Assembly (NCBI GenBank): GCA_905178155.1
Contig: CAJINV010000005.1
Location: 4,775,394 to 4,839,393, forward strand
Length of the DNA stretch: 64,000 bases
Source of the DNA: Amoebophrya sp. A120
Taxonomy: Eukaryota > Protista > Dinoflagellata
Direction: 5' to 3'
The position numbers were made by a program, and so were the translations under genes. The notes under the pieces were generated by a model. That model did no database searches. It was not told the DNA's origin and saw only the letters and a list, made by a program, of their open reading frames with translations. This document shows, one piece after another, positions 38,701-50,900 of this stretch (position 1 is its first letter; each line of letters begins with the position of its first letter).

Positions 38701-39584
38701 TCGTAGTGCAAACGTGCATTACAAATCTTTTTGTTAAGTCAAGTCCGCATTACAGATTTCATTTCTCATGCTGAGGAAATTTGTAATGCATTTACACCAG
38801 TACGACATTTTTGCAGTTCATATGCGCGTTGGATTTCTGATTCGCCCCGCTCCCCTGGATCAGGTTCGGCGCGCCCTGCCGGTAGGCAGTTTTCAGGACG
38901 AAACCTTTTGATGGTATGTAATACAGGTATAGATTTTCTACGCAATTTTGTCATGCAACTTCAACACGCATGGAACTATTCAGAGTTGCGTAGGTATGTA
39001 ATGCAAAACCACAGCTGCAACAAAAATCTCTTTTTGTACCTGGCACCGGCTCCACCACTGCCGCGCCCTCGCTGTCTATCTTTCCCAGCATGGATTTGTT
39101 CATTTGCTCCGACCGGTTTTTCGTGATCAACTTCTCGTACCTTTTCAAGTACTCATCCAACTGTTCTGGCGACCACTGAGCCATCTCCTCCGGCGACGCT
39201 CCGCCCATCAGCTGCTCGACCTCCTCTTTCGACAAGCCTGCGAAGCCGCCGCTGGGAACGCCCGACGCGCTGGGCGGCATCCCGCCGGGCGTCGGGAGGT
39301 TTTGTTCCATGGTTTTCCCTATCCTGTGCAAAAGTATCGTAGTCGTACTAATTGCAAATATACATGACAAATCTCCTTCCTAGGCCTAGGGTAAAACAGC
39401 ATTACAAATTCCACTTTTCTTCTTGCCAAAATTTGTGATGCAATTTATACTAGTAAGTACGATACTATTTGCAATGCATATTCCCATTCAGGATGTCGAA
39501 CGGGTTGCGGTTCGCCTCCGGATTCGCACCCAGCGGGTTCTCCGCGGTGGACATCCGCTCGTGCACGCGGAGCAGCTCGTCCAT
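35734..39584 (-). CDS. PIH1-domain protein (Kintoun/DNAAF2- or PIH1D-like co-chaperone)
   Basis: Spliced: EPVPGFVLKT...KLFINICSHEMVEKP...LRIPVSVGPPIEDFDKKKEACIVIDVLVHP...YPKIKYKG; ends LLNEIF*. Contains 9 TIR introns and 2 GT-AG introns. Confidence 0.85.
35778..35928. mobile_element. Introner family K
   Basis: TIR core GTAAATTTCCC...GTACAAA; TSD GCTGC/GCTGC; restores EEGS|SLLDDD. Confidence 0.88.
35969..36278. mobile_element. Introner family B (orientation opposite to 5482)
   Basis: TSD CCGCT/CCGGT; restores IRIP|VVQP. Confidence 0.88.
36835..37050. mobile_element. Introner, F-like
   Basis: TIR TAT.CAAGAAAAAAACTG; TSD CCGCC/CCGCC; restores GVG|GDGD. Confidence 0.88.
37135..37390. mobile_element. 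Introner family A
   Basis: TSD GGCCC/GGCCC; restores KYKG|PLQYQRIR. Confidence 0.92.
37497..37807. mobile_element. Introner family J (C-like)
   Basis: TIR TA.TACAATGAAAAA.GCCCCCA.CCC; TSD TTCGA/ATCGA; frame restored. Confidence 0.88.
38070..38286. mobile_element. Introner family F (orientation opposite to 15946)
   Basis: TSD TGCTC/TGCTC; restores EEEQ|GLRIPVSVG. Confidence 0.92.
38338..38613. mobile_element. Introner, family A-like
   Basis: TIR TATGCATTGCAAA.ATGTCT; TSD TGTGC/TGTGC; restores EKPH|MQSL. Confidence 0.88.
38672..38822. mobile_element. Introner family D
   Basis: TSD TGCGC/TGCGC; restores NAQ|TKLFINIC. Confidence 0.9.
39320..39480. mobile_element. Introner family D
   Basis: TSD TTCCC/TTCCC; restores LNG|KTMEQ. 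Confidence 0.9.
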
Positions 39585-40169
39585 CGTGCTGGTTCGTTGT
39601 TGTTGTGGTTCTGCTTGATTGGTAGAGATGTAGTCTTTTGAAAATGCAGGGCAACGAGGGAACTGGAGCGTCCGGCTAGACTCTGCAGCTGATCAACACA
39701 TTAGAGCACTCGGATGGGATCCCACCTAACTCGACTATTAAAACACACACGACTGGATCTCCTTTGCAAGACATCCAAGCTTGCATCTCACGCTCACAAC
39801 GTTGTCACACGCCGGTCCTGGACGCCTCATGCGGTCTCTCCTTACCAACTCGCCTCCAGCGGCTCTACTACCAGTTCAGTTTGTATTCGCCCCCACCCTA
39901 GGTGTTTGGTTTATTAGGATAATTTTTCGCACTCTCGCCCTCCTACCTCCTGAAAGCTCTATTGACACGCTCCATCTTCCGCATTCTACCGGCCCCAGCC
40001 GTCTGTGCTCCACGAAAGGAGAACACGGTGACTGCTCCTGCAGCTTGCATTGCCCACACGACGGTAGCTCGCTTCGCTCGAAGTCCAGAAACCAATCTGG
40101 TCGATACGCCGGGCTCTAAGTTCTACAGCGACAAAGAAAACACCCTCTCCCGGGGGGCAAATCAAAAGC

Positions 40170-43100
40170 ACGGCGGGCCGAGCGATCCGCTGCCGGCGGC
40201 CAGCGAGCACGCGAAGCTAACCGGACGGCACCCGCCTCCGGCCAAGCTGGCCCTCTAGCCACAGAGATGGCGGGCCGATGGAAACAAAGGCGGCGCGGCG
40301 AGGGCCGGGAGGCAGGCGTAAGTCCCTCCGGCCCTTACCTGCGGCTGCTTCGGATGCATGGATGAGCGCACGACCCCGGCAAAGCCAAACATCGCAAGGA
40401 ACCGAAACGGGCCACGGCACTTCGGCGGGCCCTTGCGAGCGGGCCCGCTGGCGCGGCTACCGGCGGGGGCTTCCGCGCGCCCGCGGGGGCATGCCACGCA
40501 AGTAAAATAATGAACCGGAGGCGCAGCCCCGCGCGATAGCGGCTTTGTTTTAGGGCCTCTTCCGCTTGGGCGGTGAACCGCTTGCCGAGGTCCGACGCCT
40601 CCGCCGAAACACCTGGCCCATCGCGCGCCATGCTCCCGCGGTTTTCGAGCAAGCTAACATGGGGCGCGGCCGCGGGCGCGCGAAAAGAGCAGGGGCGCCC
40701 GCGCGCCGCCAGGGTGGCGGGCGACGTTGCGGCGCTTTTTTTGTTTTTCTGGCCGCTACGCCTATTCCCTGAAGCTGAACGAAGAATGGCTTCGGGCAGT
40801 CGCCCCCGCCCGCGCTGCGCCATTCGGCGGCCGCACCCCCGCCATTGACGCGCCGAAACAACGACAGGCGGCGCCCGCACTGCGAGCGGCTGGCGCATGG
40901 CTCCAAGGTAGGCCAGAAGACACAGCGGCCATGCTCGCAAAGATGCTGCACGCGGCGCGGGGCGTCTGGGTCGCTGTTTTTGTCTCGTCCGGTTCTTCAC
41001 GCCACCGAGCCCAGACCCTTCCATCTCAGGAAAGCCAGGCACCCATCTTTCGTTTCTACTGGAGCTGATCCACAAATAACAAAGAATGCCTACTTTAGCG
41101 AATCCGGAAAGAATTTGAAAGGTTGTACTTACGTACATACACACGGAGGGATCACTCTCATCGGGGGCGCTCAATGTTGTGACTGAGCCACCACTCTCTA
41201 GACATCCGCTCGTGCACGCGGAGCAGCTCGTACATCGTGCTGCTCACTCTGAAGAGCTCGTTTTTTTTTTGCAAACCACGCTCGCATAAACTTTGTTCTA
41301 GTGGCTTTGCCACTTCAGATTTCTCTGACTTTCTCCTCAGCCTGGTGTTTAATTTGGTCGCGGTCCTCTAGCTGCAAGCCCTTCTAACACGACACTCGCT
41401 TCTCCGCACTCCAACGGCCTCCCACTTCCCCGGCTTTGGTCAAAGAAAAATAACAAACTACAGACGCTGCCTTCACAGCTAGCAATCCCCACGATCCGGT
41501 GGCCCCCTTCGCCCGGGGCGCAACAATAAAAGCCGATCGGCAAGGCCACACTGCGACGCAGAAGACGCCCGCGGGCGCATGAGAAGCTATAGCACGGCGG
41601 GCCGCCCGTCCGAGGCACTGCAGGCGGCCTGCGAACACCCGGGCTGCGCGGGGAAATTCGCGGCAAGCCCACACACTCACACAGACAAGCTGGAACAGCT
41701 GCGGCCGGGGCCGGGGGCGATTCATTCGCGCTGCGGCTGCCCGGGCCGGGCCGGGCGGCCGCCGGCCAGACGCAACTCAGGGAAGCCGCGCGGGGCCCGC
41801 TCGCGCGCTTTCGCGGAAAAGGCTGCGCGCGGCGCACCCCGGGCGCGCGCGCGCGGCATAACAGTAAGGCGCGCCCCTCCGGGTGGGCGTAGGCAGTTCC
41901 TTCAGAGCTTGGCCCGCGGCAAGGCGCCGGCCTCTGCCAACAAACCGCGGGCCCGTCGTACTTGCTACCGTCCGAATCAGTCCGCGCAAACCCGCAGAGA
42001 GGGCCGCGCTGCCACCCTGCGAGAACCCGGCGAGATCGCTCGGACGGCGCTCCGCCAATCGGACGGCCGGCGCCCCGTATTGTAGGCCCGCATCGTCACG
42101 GCCTGCGGCGCTGCAGGCATTCTGGCCCGCCTAAGTGCTTGCGCGGCAGGCGTTTGGCGCCGGCCTACCGCAGGGCGGGCCCCGCCCCAATGAGGTCCGC
42201 CGCACTGCGGGTTCCGAGCTTGTCAACGCCACGGGCCTAATGCATCCCCTTCCAGCAGAGGGGCGGGGACAGCGCAACCGTGGCCCGCGCGCTGCGCTGC
42301 GCGATCCAAGACCAAGACGGCGCCCAGATAAGTTTGCTACGCACGCAGCAAGGCTAGCGCGACACTGCCTAGTCCTTTTCGTGTGATGGTCTCCGTAGAT
42401 GGTAATGGCGCAGAGTGGAGAGGGAGACCCTTCGATCTCACAAAAACGAGCACAATGCCGGTCCTTCTAATCTCCCGCTCCGCAAAAAAGCTACCTCATG
42501 CTGTTGCTTTTGCGCTCACACAACCTAGTACAACTCAGCCAAGAGCTCTTCTCTCGCCCACACATCCACTCGACTTTGGTCCAGCTTGCGCTCCACCTTC
42601 ACTAACAGTGAGAAAAAACACCGGCGGAATGAAACCCGAAAAGAAGGCGCCACGCTTGGGACTAGGACCAAGTTGCGCCAAGCAGCCCAGCAAACGGTCC
42701 CGCGGTGTGTGCCATTAATAATTTAGACAATGACCCACATCGACGCCAACGACACCCGAATCGGGATGCGCACTAACGAAACAGCCCGGCAGCTGCCGGG
42801 GATGGGCAGGCCGCCCGCCGCCCGGGGAAGGGCCGGTAGGAATGCGGCGCCCCACATAGTGGCCGCTCGGGAGGAGGCAGCCCGGCGCCCTGCGAGCAAC
42901 GGGCTGCCCTTGCATTGAATTGCCTGGCGGGCGGCGAGCTGGCATTGAATTGCCTGGCGGCGCGGCGTCATTCGATTCAAACAAAGGCGCCACGCGGCTG
43001 CCTACTACACCCGCGCGCCCCCACGCTGCGCCATTCCGGCGGGCGCGCCGCGAAAAAAACGAAAACGCGCCGCAGGGTTGGGGGGAGGGCCGAGGGCTGG

Positions 43101-43430
43101 AAGGCAGGGGGCGCGCGGCTCTTATCGGCGTAAATCCGTGGCGGGTTTGGCCGGTGGGCCATTGCTTTCCGGTCTGCATTTCGGAGTCCCGCCCGCCATC
43201 GGCCGCGCGCGAGCAGGCAGCCCGCCGCGGCTCGATTTGTAGCGGGCGGGGCCAATGCCGTGCCCCCGTGGGCGACATTCTGCGCCGTCTTGGCGTCCTG
43301 CCCCTGGTCGCGCATTGCCCCAAGCAGGTGACACCGTAGCCGCCCCACGTCGAAAGGCCGGCCCCGCTCGCCAGAGAAGAAACCACACACAAGGCGCGGA
43401 CCCGCTGTCTGAGGTAGGCGCCCGCTGTTA
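40170..43430. other. Three GC-rich non-coding blocks upstream of the PIH1 gene
   Basis: About 40170-40970, 41490-42360 and 42750-43430, separated by CT-rich spacers. Confidence 0.6.
41201..41242 (-). repeat. Isolated 42-bp copy of the PIH1 gene start region (39550-39591)
   Basis: GACATCCGCTCGTGCACGCGGAGCAGCTCGT(A/C)CATCGTGCTG, one mismatch. Confidence 0.9.
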
Positions 43431-44208
43431 CTCAAGGGACTGCCATCTTTACAATTTCCTTCCTGTGCGCCGCACTGTGCCAGAGCCTCACTCCCGCGCC
43501 CGCTCTGCTCCCTCTGATAGATGAATTGTGTGTCTCGAGCCCCATTTGGCTTGCGTTTGCTCTCATCCTCTTCCTCAATTACTCATCCGTGCTGTCCCTC
43601 ATAAGTACCAGGCTGACCAAGAAAAGACCCCTTCTCCGTAGCATCGCAATGGCCGTGAGTCGACCAAAAAGTGCCAGCTTTTGGCTGTGTGGCTATGAAA
43701 CATTTGAATAACACTTTTTTCAGTGAAACTAGGAGACGTAGAATCAATGATACAGGACTGCTGGTGGGCTCGGTCCCAAAAAATTGTTCAAGTTTTGCAT
43801 TTTCAATGTGTTCATTTGTATTTTTTACAAGTAGTGTCTTTTCTTTTCACACGAGCAATGATGCAACAGATCACGCTCGACGAAGTCTAATATTCAAAAC
43901 GATAAATCAAGGGCGATGGACTAACCTCTTGTAACTGTAGATTAGCCTGCTCTTATCTGCGTATAACTGGTATAAGTGTTTGATGGCGTTGTATTGCTTA
44001 GTGTGTCACCTTGTGTGCAAAGTGCGACGCCGCCCTTGTGCAATGTAAACTTTATTCGGGTTTGTGACAAAGATAAAAGAATCTTTCTGTGTCGGTAAAA
44101 AAATCTTCGGTTTCATCTTGTTCTCCCGCCGGAAAATGGAATTCGAGTAGGAGCGTGAGGACGTCTTCTACTTGTGCAGCAGAGCCAGCCCCAGCTTCTT
44201 CCACTTTC

Positions 44209-46025
44209 TTACTTAAAGATGCTCTCGATCAGCTGGACACAGCCACCTGTGCAAGTTTTTTGTTGAATTCCAGTTTGTCATGCGGTGTACGTTACGGCAA
44301 CAGCAAAATAGTTTCCATCTCATGCATGACAGATTCAAAAATTATCAAATAGACCAGCAGCATCCCCTGCGGCGTCGCCAATTTGATCCGAATTTTCCCC
44401 AATCACATGCGCCAAGCAGAAGCAGCACGGCAAGACCGCTAAAGCCCCACAGATCCTGTTTTATTTCATTTGAATCATATGTGATGAGTTTGTCATGCAG
44501 CAAGAGCAAGCATGATGGAATTACTTACTTGCTCCACGTGCATCAATGCAGTTCATGCAACACAAAAAATCTGTAGTTCCTCCTGTACCCCATGCACATT
44601 CCTTGCTGTCTGGCATGCGCATGCGCATTCGCCTTGTCCTTTTCTTCCTGTTCCTTCCTCCTCTTTTCCTCTTCCGGATCCACTGCTGGAAGCTTATGCA
44701 TGAGAAATCTTCTTTTTGAACCACATCAGATTTGTCATGCATTTTCGCGTTTACACTAGAACTGTGTCATGCCGAATCAGAATCTGCAACATGATTATTA
44801 TATCGATCTAGTTGATTCCTACTCACCGGGGAATTTTCCACGAAGTTTCTCATGCGTAAGCGCCAACCTGTTGTGGACCGCCCGCCATCTGGATCTGCAC
44901 CGGTTGCACCGGCTGCACCATTTGGACAAACTGCTGGGGCAGTGGTGGCGCGTTCCAGGGGTTCATTCCCATTTTTGATGACATCGTTCCGCGGAGCAGG
45001 GCGTCCTGGAATCATGGATTTTTTTTTCATTTGCGGATGTGAACAAACTTGTGTTGCGTATAGACCGAAGAAAAACCGTCTTTGTCATGCACGCATCATC
45101 GCGCATGCTGCAGCCCAGAGATCTTTGTAAAAGTACCTTCATTCCCATCAGGTCCGTAGCATAGATGAAGGTTGGTGGCCCGCGGCAATTTTGCATCATT
45201 GCCTGTGCACTTGGCCCGTCCCCTGGACCCCAGCACTGGACTTGGTGTAGTGCGTGGTTGATCCAACCTGATAGTCTTATTTAAATGAATCATTCAATTT
45301 CGTAATGCGTAACAGCATGCTTTTACCACAATGAACGTTGATCTCATACTCATGCGCCGCAATACAAGTTCCAACAGCGACAGCAACTATCAACTGCCCC
45401 AAAATCTTCAATATTACCGGTTGCCAGCTGCTGGAACTGAATCTTGATAAACCGGCACTGCATGGGTGTTGGCCAAGACAAGCACAGCGCCGATTTTCCT
45501 TCCTGATGTATGTTTGCTTCGTACTTCATGCCCGTCGTGTCCCCACCGGCGGCAAGTTGCTGCCATGCTAACCCGTCGCTGGAACTCAAGACGACAAACT
45601 GGAGCGCGGCGTTCCTTGCTACGCCGTCTTCTGCGCCGAAGGCGACAAAGACGTGGTCAATGAGTCTGACGGTCTGGAAGTCGAGTTGGAAATCAACGAG
45701 CGGTACGTTGGCCGCGGAACCCCACCTGATAGTTGTGTAAGTGCTTGATATTGGCTTTTTATGCATCACAAAGAAGTGTGTGTTTGCTGTTTCTGCATGG
45801 CAAAGTCTTCAGTGTTTGACTTTGACACTGTTCGTCGATTTGTCATGCAAGAAGCCGTACTAGCATTTTTGTGCGAACAATGATTTAATACCAGCTGAAA
45901 TTTCCGCCATCCAACACGTTATGCGGATCGTCTTCCTGATTCCCGTAGAACCTGGAGGAAGAGGAGCACAGGGTTGACTGCGCGCGGGCCCAGTTCACGC
46001 TGACGCGACCTGTGGTCATCGTCAT
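44209..46025 (-). CDS. Discoidin/galactose-binding-like domain protein with a Cys-rich hydrophobic C-terminus (paralog 1)
   Basis: NWARAQST...SSRFYGN...DDPHNVLDG...WGSAAN...LDFQT...SSSDGLAW...CRFIKIQF...LHQVQCWG...LAVLPCCFCLA; only GT-AG introns recognised. The fold assignment is inferred from the motif pattern. Confidence 0.7.
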
Positions 46026-46439
46026 GGTGGTCGCGGTGTCTTCTTGACCTGCTTCGAGAGAACAAGTGTGATGTTTTTTTAGAAGAATGAAACTTTGGGT
46101 TTGGAGAAACAAATGACAACGACAAACTGCTGGGAATAGAGTGCAATTTGCGTAGACTCACTCGGCCTCTTGCTCCCTCCTTCTCATATGAAAATATACG
46201 CTACGCACAAAATGAAAAAAACAAAGCTTCTTCTGCAGAAGCAGCTGCAATAGAGGGCAATCAAACAGGAGTCCTGTTGTGTGTGGTTGGAATCATTTCG
46301 CCCCGACAAAACCAAATAAAGCTTTCGCAAATATATCATCTCTGGACCCTTCGATAGGGGGAGACTGGGCAATATATGGCCATAGACGTTTAGTACACAT
46401 CGGCAACCCCCAACTCGCCCAGTCAGATTTTTCGCAGAG

Positions 46440-47095
46440 GCGGCGCCCCACAATGTATGGAACCATGCGGAGACTAGACAAAAACGCGACAGAGGGCTGT
46501 GACCCGACGGGGCCGCAACCCCTGCGCGCGATTCTGGCGGGCAAGAGCTGCAAGCCGCCACAGCAGGGAACCCAACCAACAGCGCGCACACCATGCCCGA
46601 GGGCAGCCGGCACACAGCAGCACCGGCCGGCGAACATAATGCAGCCGGCAGAGTTTGGACTTGCATGGGCCCCCGCGGGCCAATGCTCGCGCCCGCCCTG
46701 GTAATGGCCCGCCAGGGCGCGCGGCTGCATAGGGTGGCCGCGTTATCCGGCCGATGGCCAGGTCGCAGGAGAGTACGGCGGCGGGCCATGCGCCCGGCGA
46801 GCGCCGCGGTGCGGCGGCGGCAAACGCGAAGGGGGTAGGTTGGTAGCGGGCTGGAGGGAGCAGGCGCGGCCCGGCGCTCTTTCTTCAAGTCTTCCGGGCC
46901 GAGCTCCGGCATGCGGCTTCGGAGTTTCTCCATCTAGCCGCACACCCGCAAAAGGGCACTAGCGCCAAGCCCCGGCGGGCACCATACACGCGCCGCATTA
47001 ATGGGCGGCGCTCCCCCACTTCGCGGCCCTACCCTTCTCGCTGGGTGGCCAACCGGACGCACGGCCCAAACTATCAATCAGTGGCGCAGCGCACC
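46440..47095. other. GC-rich non-coding block upstream of discoidin-like paralog 1
   Basis: Compositional shift, with a (CT)n tract at about 47200. Confidence 0.6.
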
Positions 47096-47914
47096 AGAGT
47101 GATGACTGACGGACTGCGGTAAGCTACTTAACTAGAGTCGCGCATGGTGCTGATCTTTGGAAAATGCCTGCGCCTCTCTGAATTCTGCGCCCCACTCCTT
47201 TCGTCTCTCTCTCTCTCTGTCTTTGTCTCTCTGTAACATGCCTGTCCGCTCACAACTCATCTCTCCTGAAGCAGTGAAAAACACAGGTGCTGGCCTAGGA
47301 TCGTTTTTTCAATGAAAGTCGCTTCGCGTGCCTCTAGAGCTTTCCCATTTATTGTGAAGCCGTTGCCGGATTAAAATCCGCGTGATGCCACAGAAGATGC
47401 GGTTCTTGCAGTTGTTGCAAAACGTCAACGTCTTTTGATGCCGCTTCATAAAATGGGCTCCAAAAGTTGTCCGCTCTTGTGTGTGGTAAGTTGTAGTGCG
47501 AAACGGGGGTCATATAGGGTAAAGCTTGTTCTTCATTCATGAAATATGGTTCGTGAAACTAGCTGCGCTTGTCGCAAGCAAAAAAATCATAAAAAACATG
47601 AGAGAAGCCTTTGCATTTTTCGAGAGTGGATTCGTTGTTGCACATAAAACGCCTCGTCTTTTGGATATGATTGGAAAACATGTTTTTCTGTGGACAAGTT
47701 TGTTCGAAACTTTTCGTGTAAGCCTGTGGAGCGATGACAGTAGACAACAGTACTTGCTACTGCTGAATCTAAGTAATGCGACCAAAATGTTAGATTTCGA
47801 GGTGAGTTTATCACTTTACTCATCCAATTTTTGTTCTCCACCAACGATTCCGTTTAGAAGTTCCACCAAACATCAAAATCATTTCGTTCTCCCGGAGCAC
47901 TTCTACCACCCGCT

Positions 47915-50900
47915 TCACTTGAAAAAGTTCTCCACGAGGGCCGCGCAGCTGCCTGAAAAGTTGTGTTTTTGGGCTAGTAATGTCGTCCATGCAAAGTCTC
48001 CTCACAAAATTTTCTCATCGGCATCCATGCATCAGAAAAACTTTTTGTCATGCACTTTTTCCACGAAATCAAACGTCAAATCGTATACTCGCAGCCTGCC
48101 CGCACACGCCCACAGCTTCTCCCGCACCCTCCGCAATTTCCGCACCATTCTCGCTGACCACGTTTGCCAAGCAGAAACAGCACGGCAGGACCGCGAGGGA
48201 ACCCAGGATCCTGATAGAAGTGAGTTTGTCATGCATAAACCTTCATTTCCAGAGTCGTCTCATTCGTACGACCCGCATCACAAATGATGATGATAATGTT
48301 GAAAAGACAAAACCTAAATAGCAGCTTGTAAGAAGTACCCCACAAACATTCCCTGCTGCCGGGCATGTGTATAACCCGCTCAGGTGTTACAATCACAAAC
48401 GTTACAATAGAATCTGGGATTTGTCTTGCATCATGAGCATTACAGACTCGTAGACCGTTCCACTTTCTGCAATACAAATTTCGCCAGATTGTAGTGCGGT
48501 TTGGGACTCCGGAACTTGTCATGCGCAGTCTTATGAGAGTTGGCTAGATCATGCATTTCTTGCATCACAGATTTCCAGATTCTATTGTAACGTTTGAGAT
48601 TGTAACGTTTGAGCAAGTCATAATGTGCCTGTTCATTTTCCTTGTCCATTTTCTCCTTGTGTAGCTCCTCCGCGGTTTTTTCCTTCTCCTCCATCCAGGT
48701 GGAAAAAACTGTGTTCAGTGCTGCAACTTTCTTGGAATAGGAATGATGAAAAGCATTACAAATCATGGCCCACAGGGATGCGTATGCTTAATGTAGTTCC
48801 TGCATCTTCACAAACTTGCACTCGACACCATTCTTTTCCTCCTGGATACTCTTCGCACCCATGGTCTTCGGCTGCGGGGACTGCAGCAAAACCACCACCT
48901 GCGGCTGCGGGGACTGCACCAGCTGCGGGGACTGCACAACAACCTGCTGCGGCACCATATTCACCGACGGCACCACCACTGGGTTGACGTTCACATTCGC
49001 GGGCGAGACGAACTGCGGCGACGGGTACGAAACCGCTCCGGCGGTCGTGTACTATCCTAGGGAAGAAACGCTCTGCATTGCAACTACGCATATGTAAAAC
49101 GTACTCTATCACTTGTCATGCTGGACATGCGTCAGTGGCTGGCTTCGTCCGTCGTACGCGTTCACGTACTCCTACCTGCGCATGACAAGTTGTCCTTGCT
49201 GTCATGCTAGACAGATTTGTCATGCTGATTCCAAAAAAAGAGTTCTCACGACTATCACTGTTTCTTCCCTGGATACTGCGGTGGGCAAGGTCGGCGGGCT
49301 CCACGCATTCACAGTAGATTTGCTCGCCATGGTACCGCGGAGCAACGCGTCCTGTATAGGTGCGTTTGGAAAGATGTGGCACATGAATTTAAAATTGAAT
49401 TCGGCTGTAACACCAACAAACATAACTACATTTCACGAATCGATTTCCTACTGGTGCACGACAAAATGTATCATGACAAAACCTCACAGTACCTGCATCC
49501 CCGCCTCATCCACAGCGTAGATAAACGTCGGCTGTCCCCGGCAACTCTGCATCATTCCCTGCGCGCTCGCGAGATCGCCGGGACCCCAGCACTGCACCTG
49601 GTGCAAACCGTGGTGCATCCAACCTGATAATTAGGTTTTCGACATTAGCGTCAAGTGGTAGGGATTTCATATGCCAAAATCCTATAACCCCAACAACAAT
49701 TTTCTGTTTCTCGACGCAGCTCCGCAACGAGGAAAATTTTCATACCCACTGGCAGCTGGTGGAACTCGATCTTAATGAAGCGGCACTCCACCGGCTTGCC
49801 CGGAGACACGACCACCGGCGGGCACAGGGCGGAAACGTGCAGCTTGTGTCCATTGTTCACCCCCTCGTACTTATCATTCACCGTAGCGGCCTCCCGCGCT
49901 CCAATTTTGCCCCAGGCTCCGTTCCAGTTGACACCATCGGTGGAACTGGAAACCGTCATGTCGACCGACGCATTCCGCGCCACCCCGTCCTCACCGCCGA
50001 AAGCGAGATAGAGGTGCTCGATGTAGCGGTTCGTTTGAAAGTCGAGCTTGAATTCCACAGCCGTTTGAAACACGTTGGCGGCGGAGCCCCACCTGTGGTG
50101 TTCGTCTTTGTCATGCGGGTTTTTGCATGACAGAGGATGTCCATGACTAAGTAGGTTTTTTGCATGACAAAAACATGATCATGTGCGAGGAATAATTTCC
50201 ATACCAGCTGAAGTTGCTCCCATCGAGCACGTTGTTCGGCTCGTCGTCTTTGCCCAAGTGTTCCAGCAAAATTCCGCGGTCCAGCCAGTTCTCGAACTCC
50301 CCCCGTTGGATAATCCCATCGTCCCGGTCTTTCTCCAGACTCATAGCCGCAACCACCATATCCAGCTGCTCCTCGGACAGACTCACATCTGATTCATTTA
50401 GTGATTTTTCATTCCGGAAAAAACATCTATTTCACGAGAATCTGCCATGCGTCAAGAACGACTAACATCATACGGAAAAATTGTCATGCTGCACAGGTTT
50501 CTTGAGCTGTACCGCTGTACAGCTACAGCTACAGTACCGATCAGCGATTTCGTCAAGTCGTGGAATTGTTTTTTAGTCAGTCCCATATCCTGAGTAAAAA
50601 CGTACCCACACCAGAGTCGGGATGGGGATTTTGCAACACAAACCTAGGAGCTTTGTGAGTCACGCATGACAAGTTTCAGTCCGTAAGGTAGTGCAAGTTA
50701 GCAAGGAAAGCCGCATCACAAATCGATCTGCTGATCCTGTTTACAGCATTACAAGTTCCCAAACACGATTGAAAATGCCTGTCATGGGGTTGCGCATCAC
50801 AAATGGAAATGTTCCTGTCATGGCAAATCTGCATGACAACTCTGGTGTGGGTACGTTTTTACTCAGGATATCCCATCGGAGGAACATAGGCGCTCCAATG

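Noticed and set aside
25262-47095. Arg/Ala/Pro-rich ORFs in the GC blocks (for example 40335-41174 and 46184-46933)
   Set aside because: They overlap in many frames because stops are scarce in GC-rich DNA, and no domains are recognisable.
47094-47160. Possible C/D-box snoRNA (GTGATGA...CTGA) on the plus strand
   Set aside because: It is short, has a weak terminal stem, shows no guide complementarity I can recognise, and is antisense to the cluster. It would need cmscan or snoscan.
47349-47900. Short ORF fragments in intergenic DNA (also 18661-19209, 51651-52071 and 60217-60945)
   Set aside because: They may be decayed coding remnants, but no motif could be supported.
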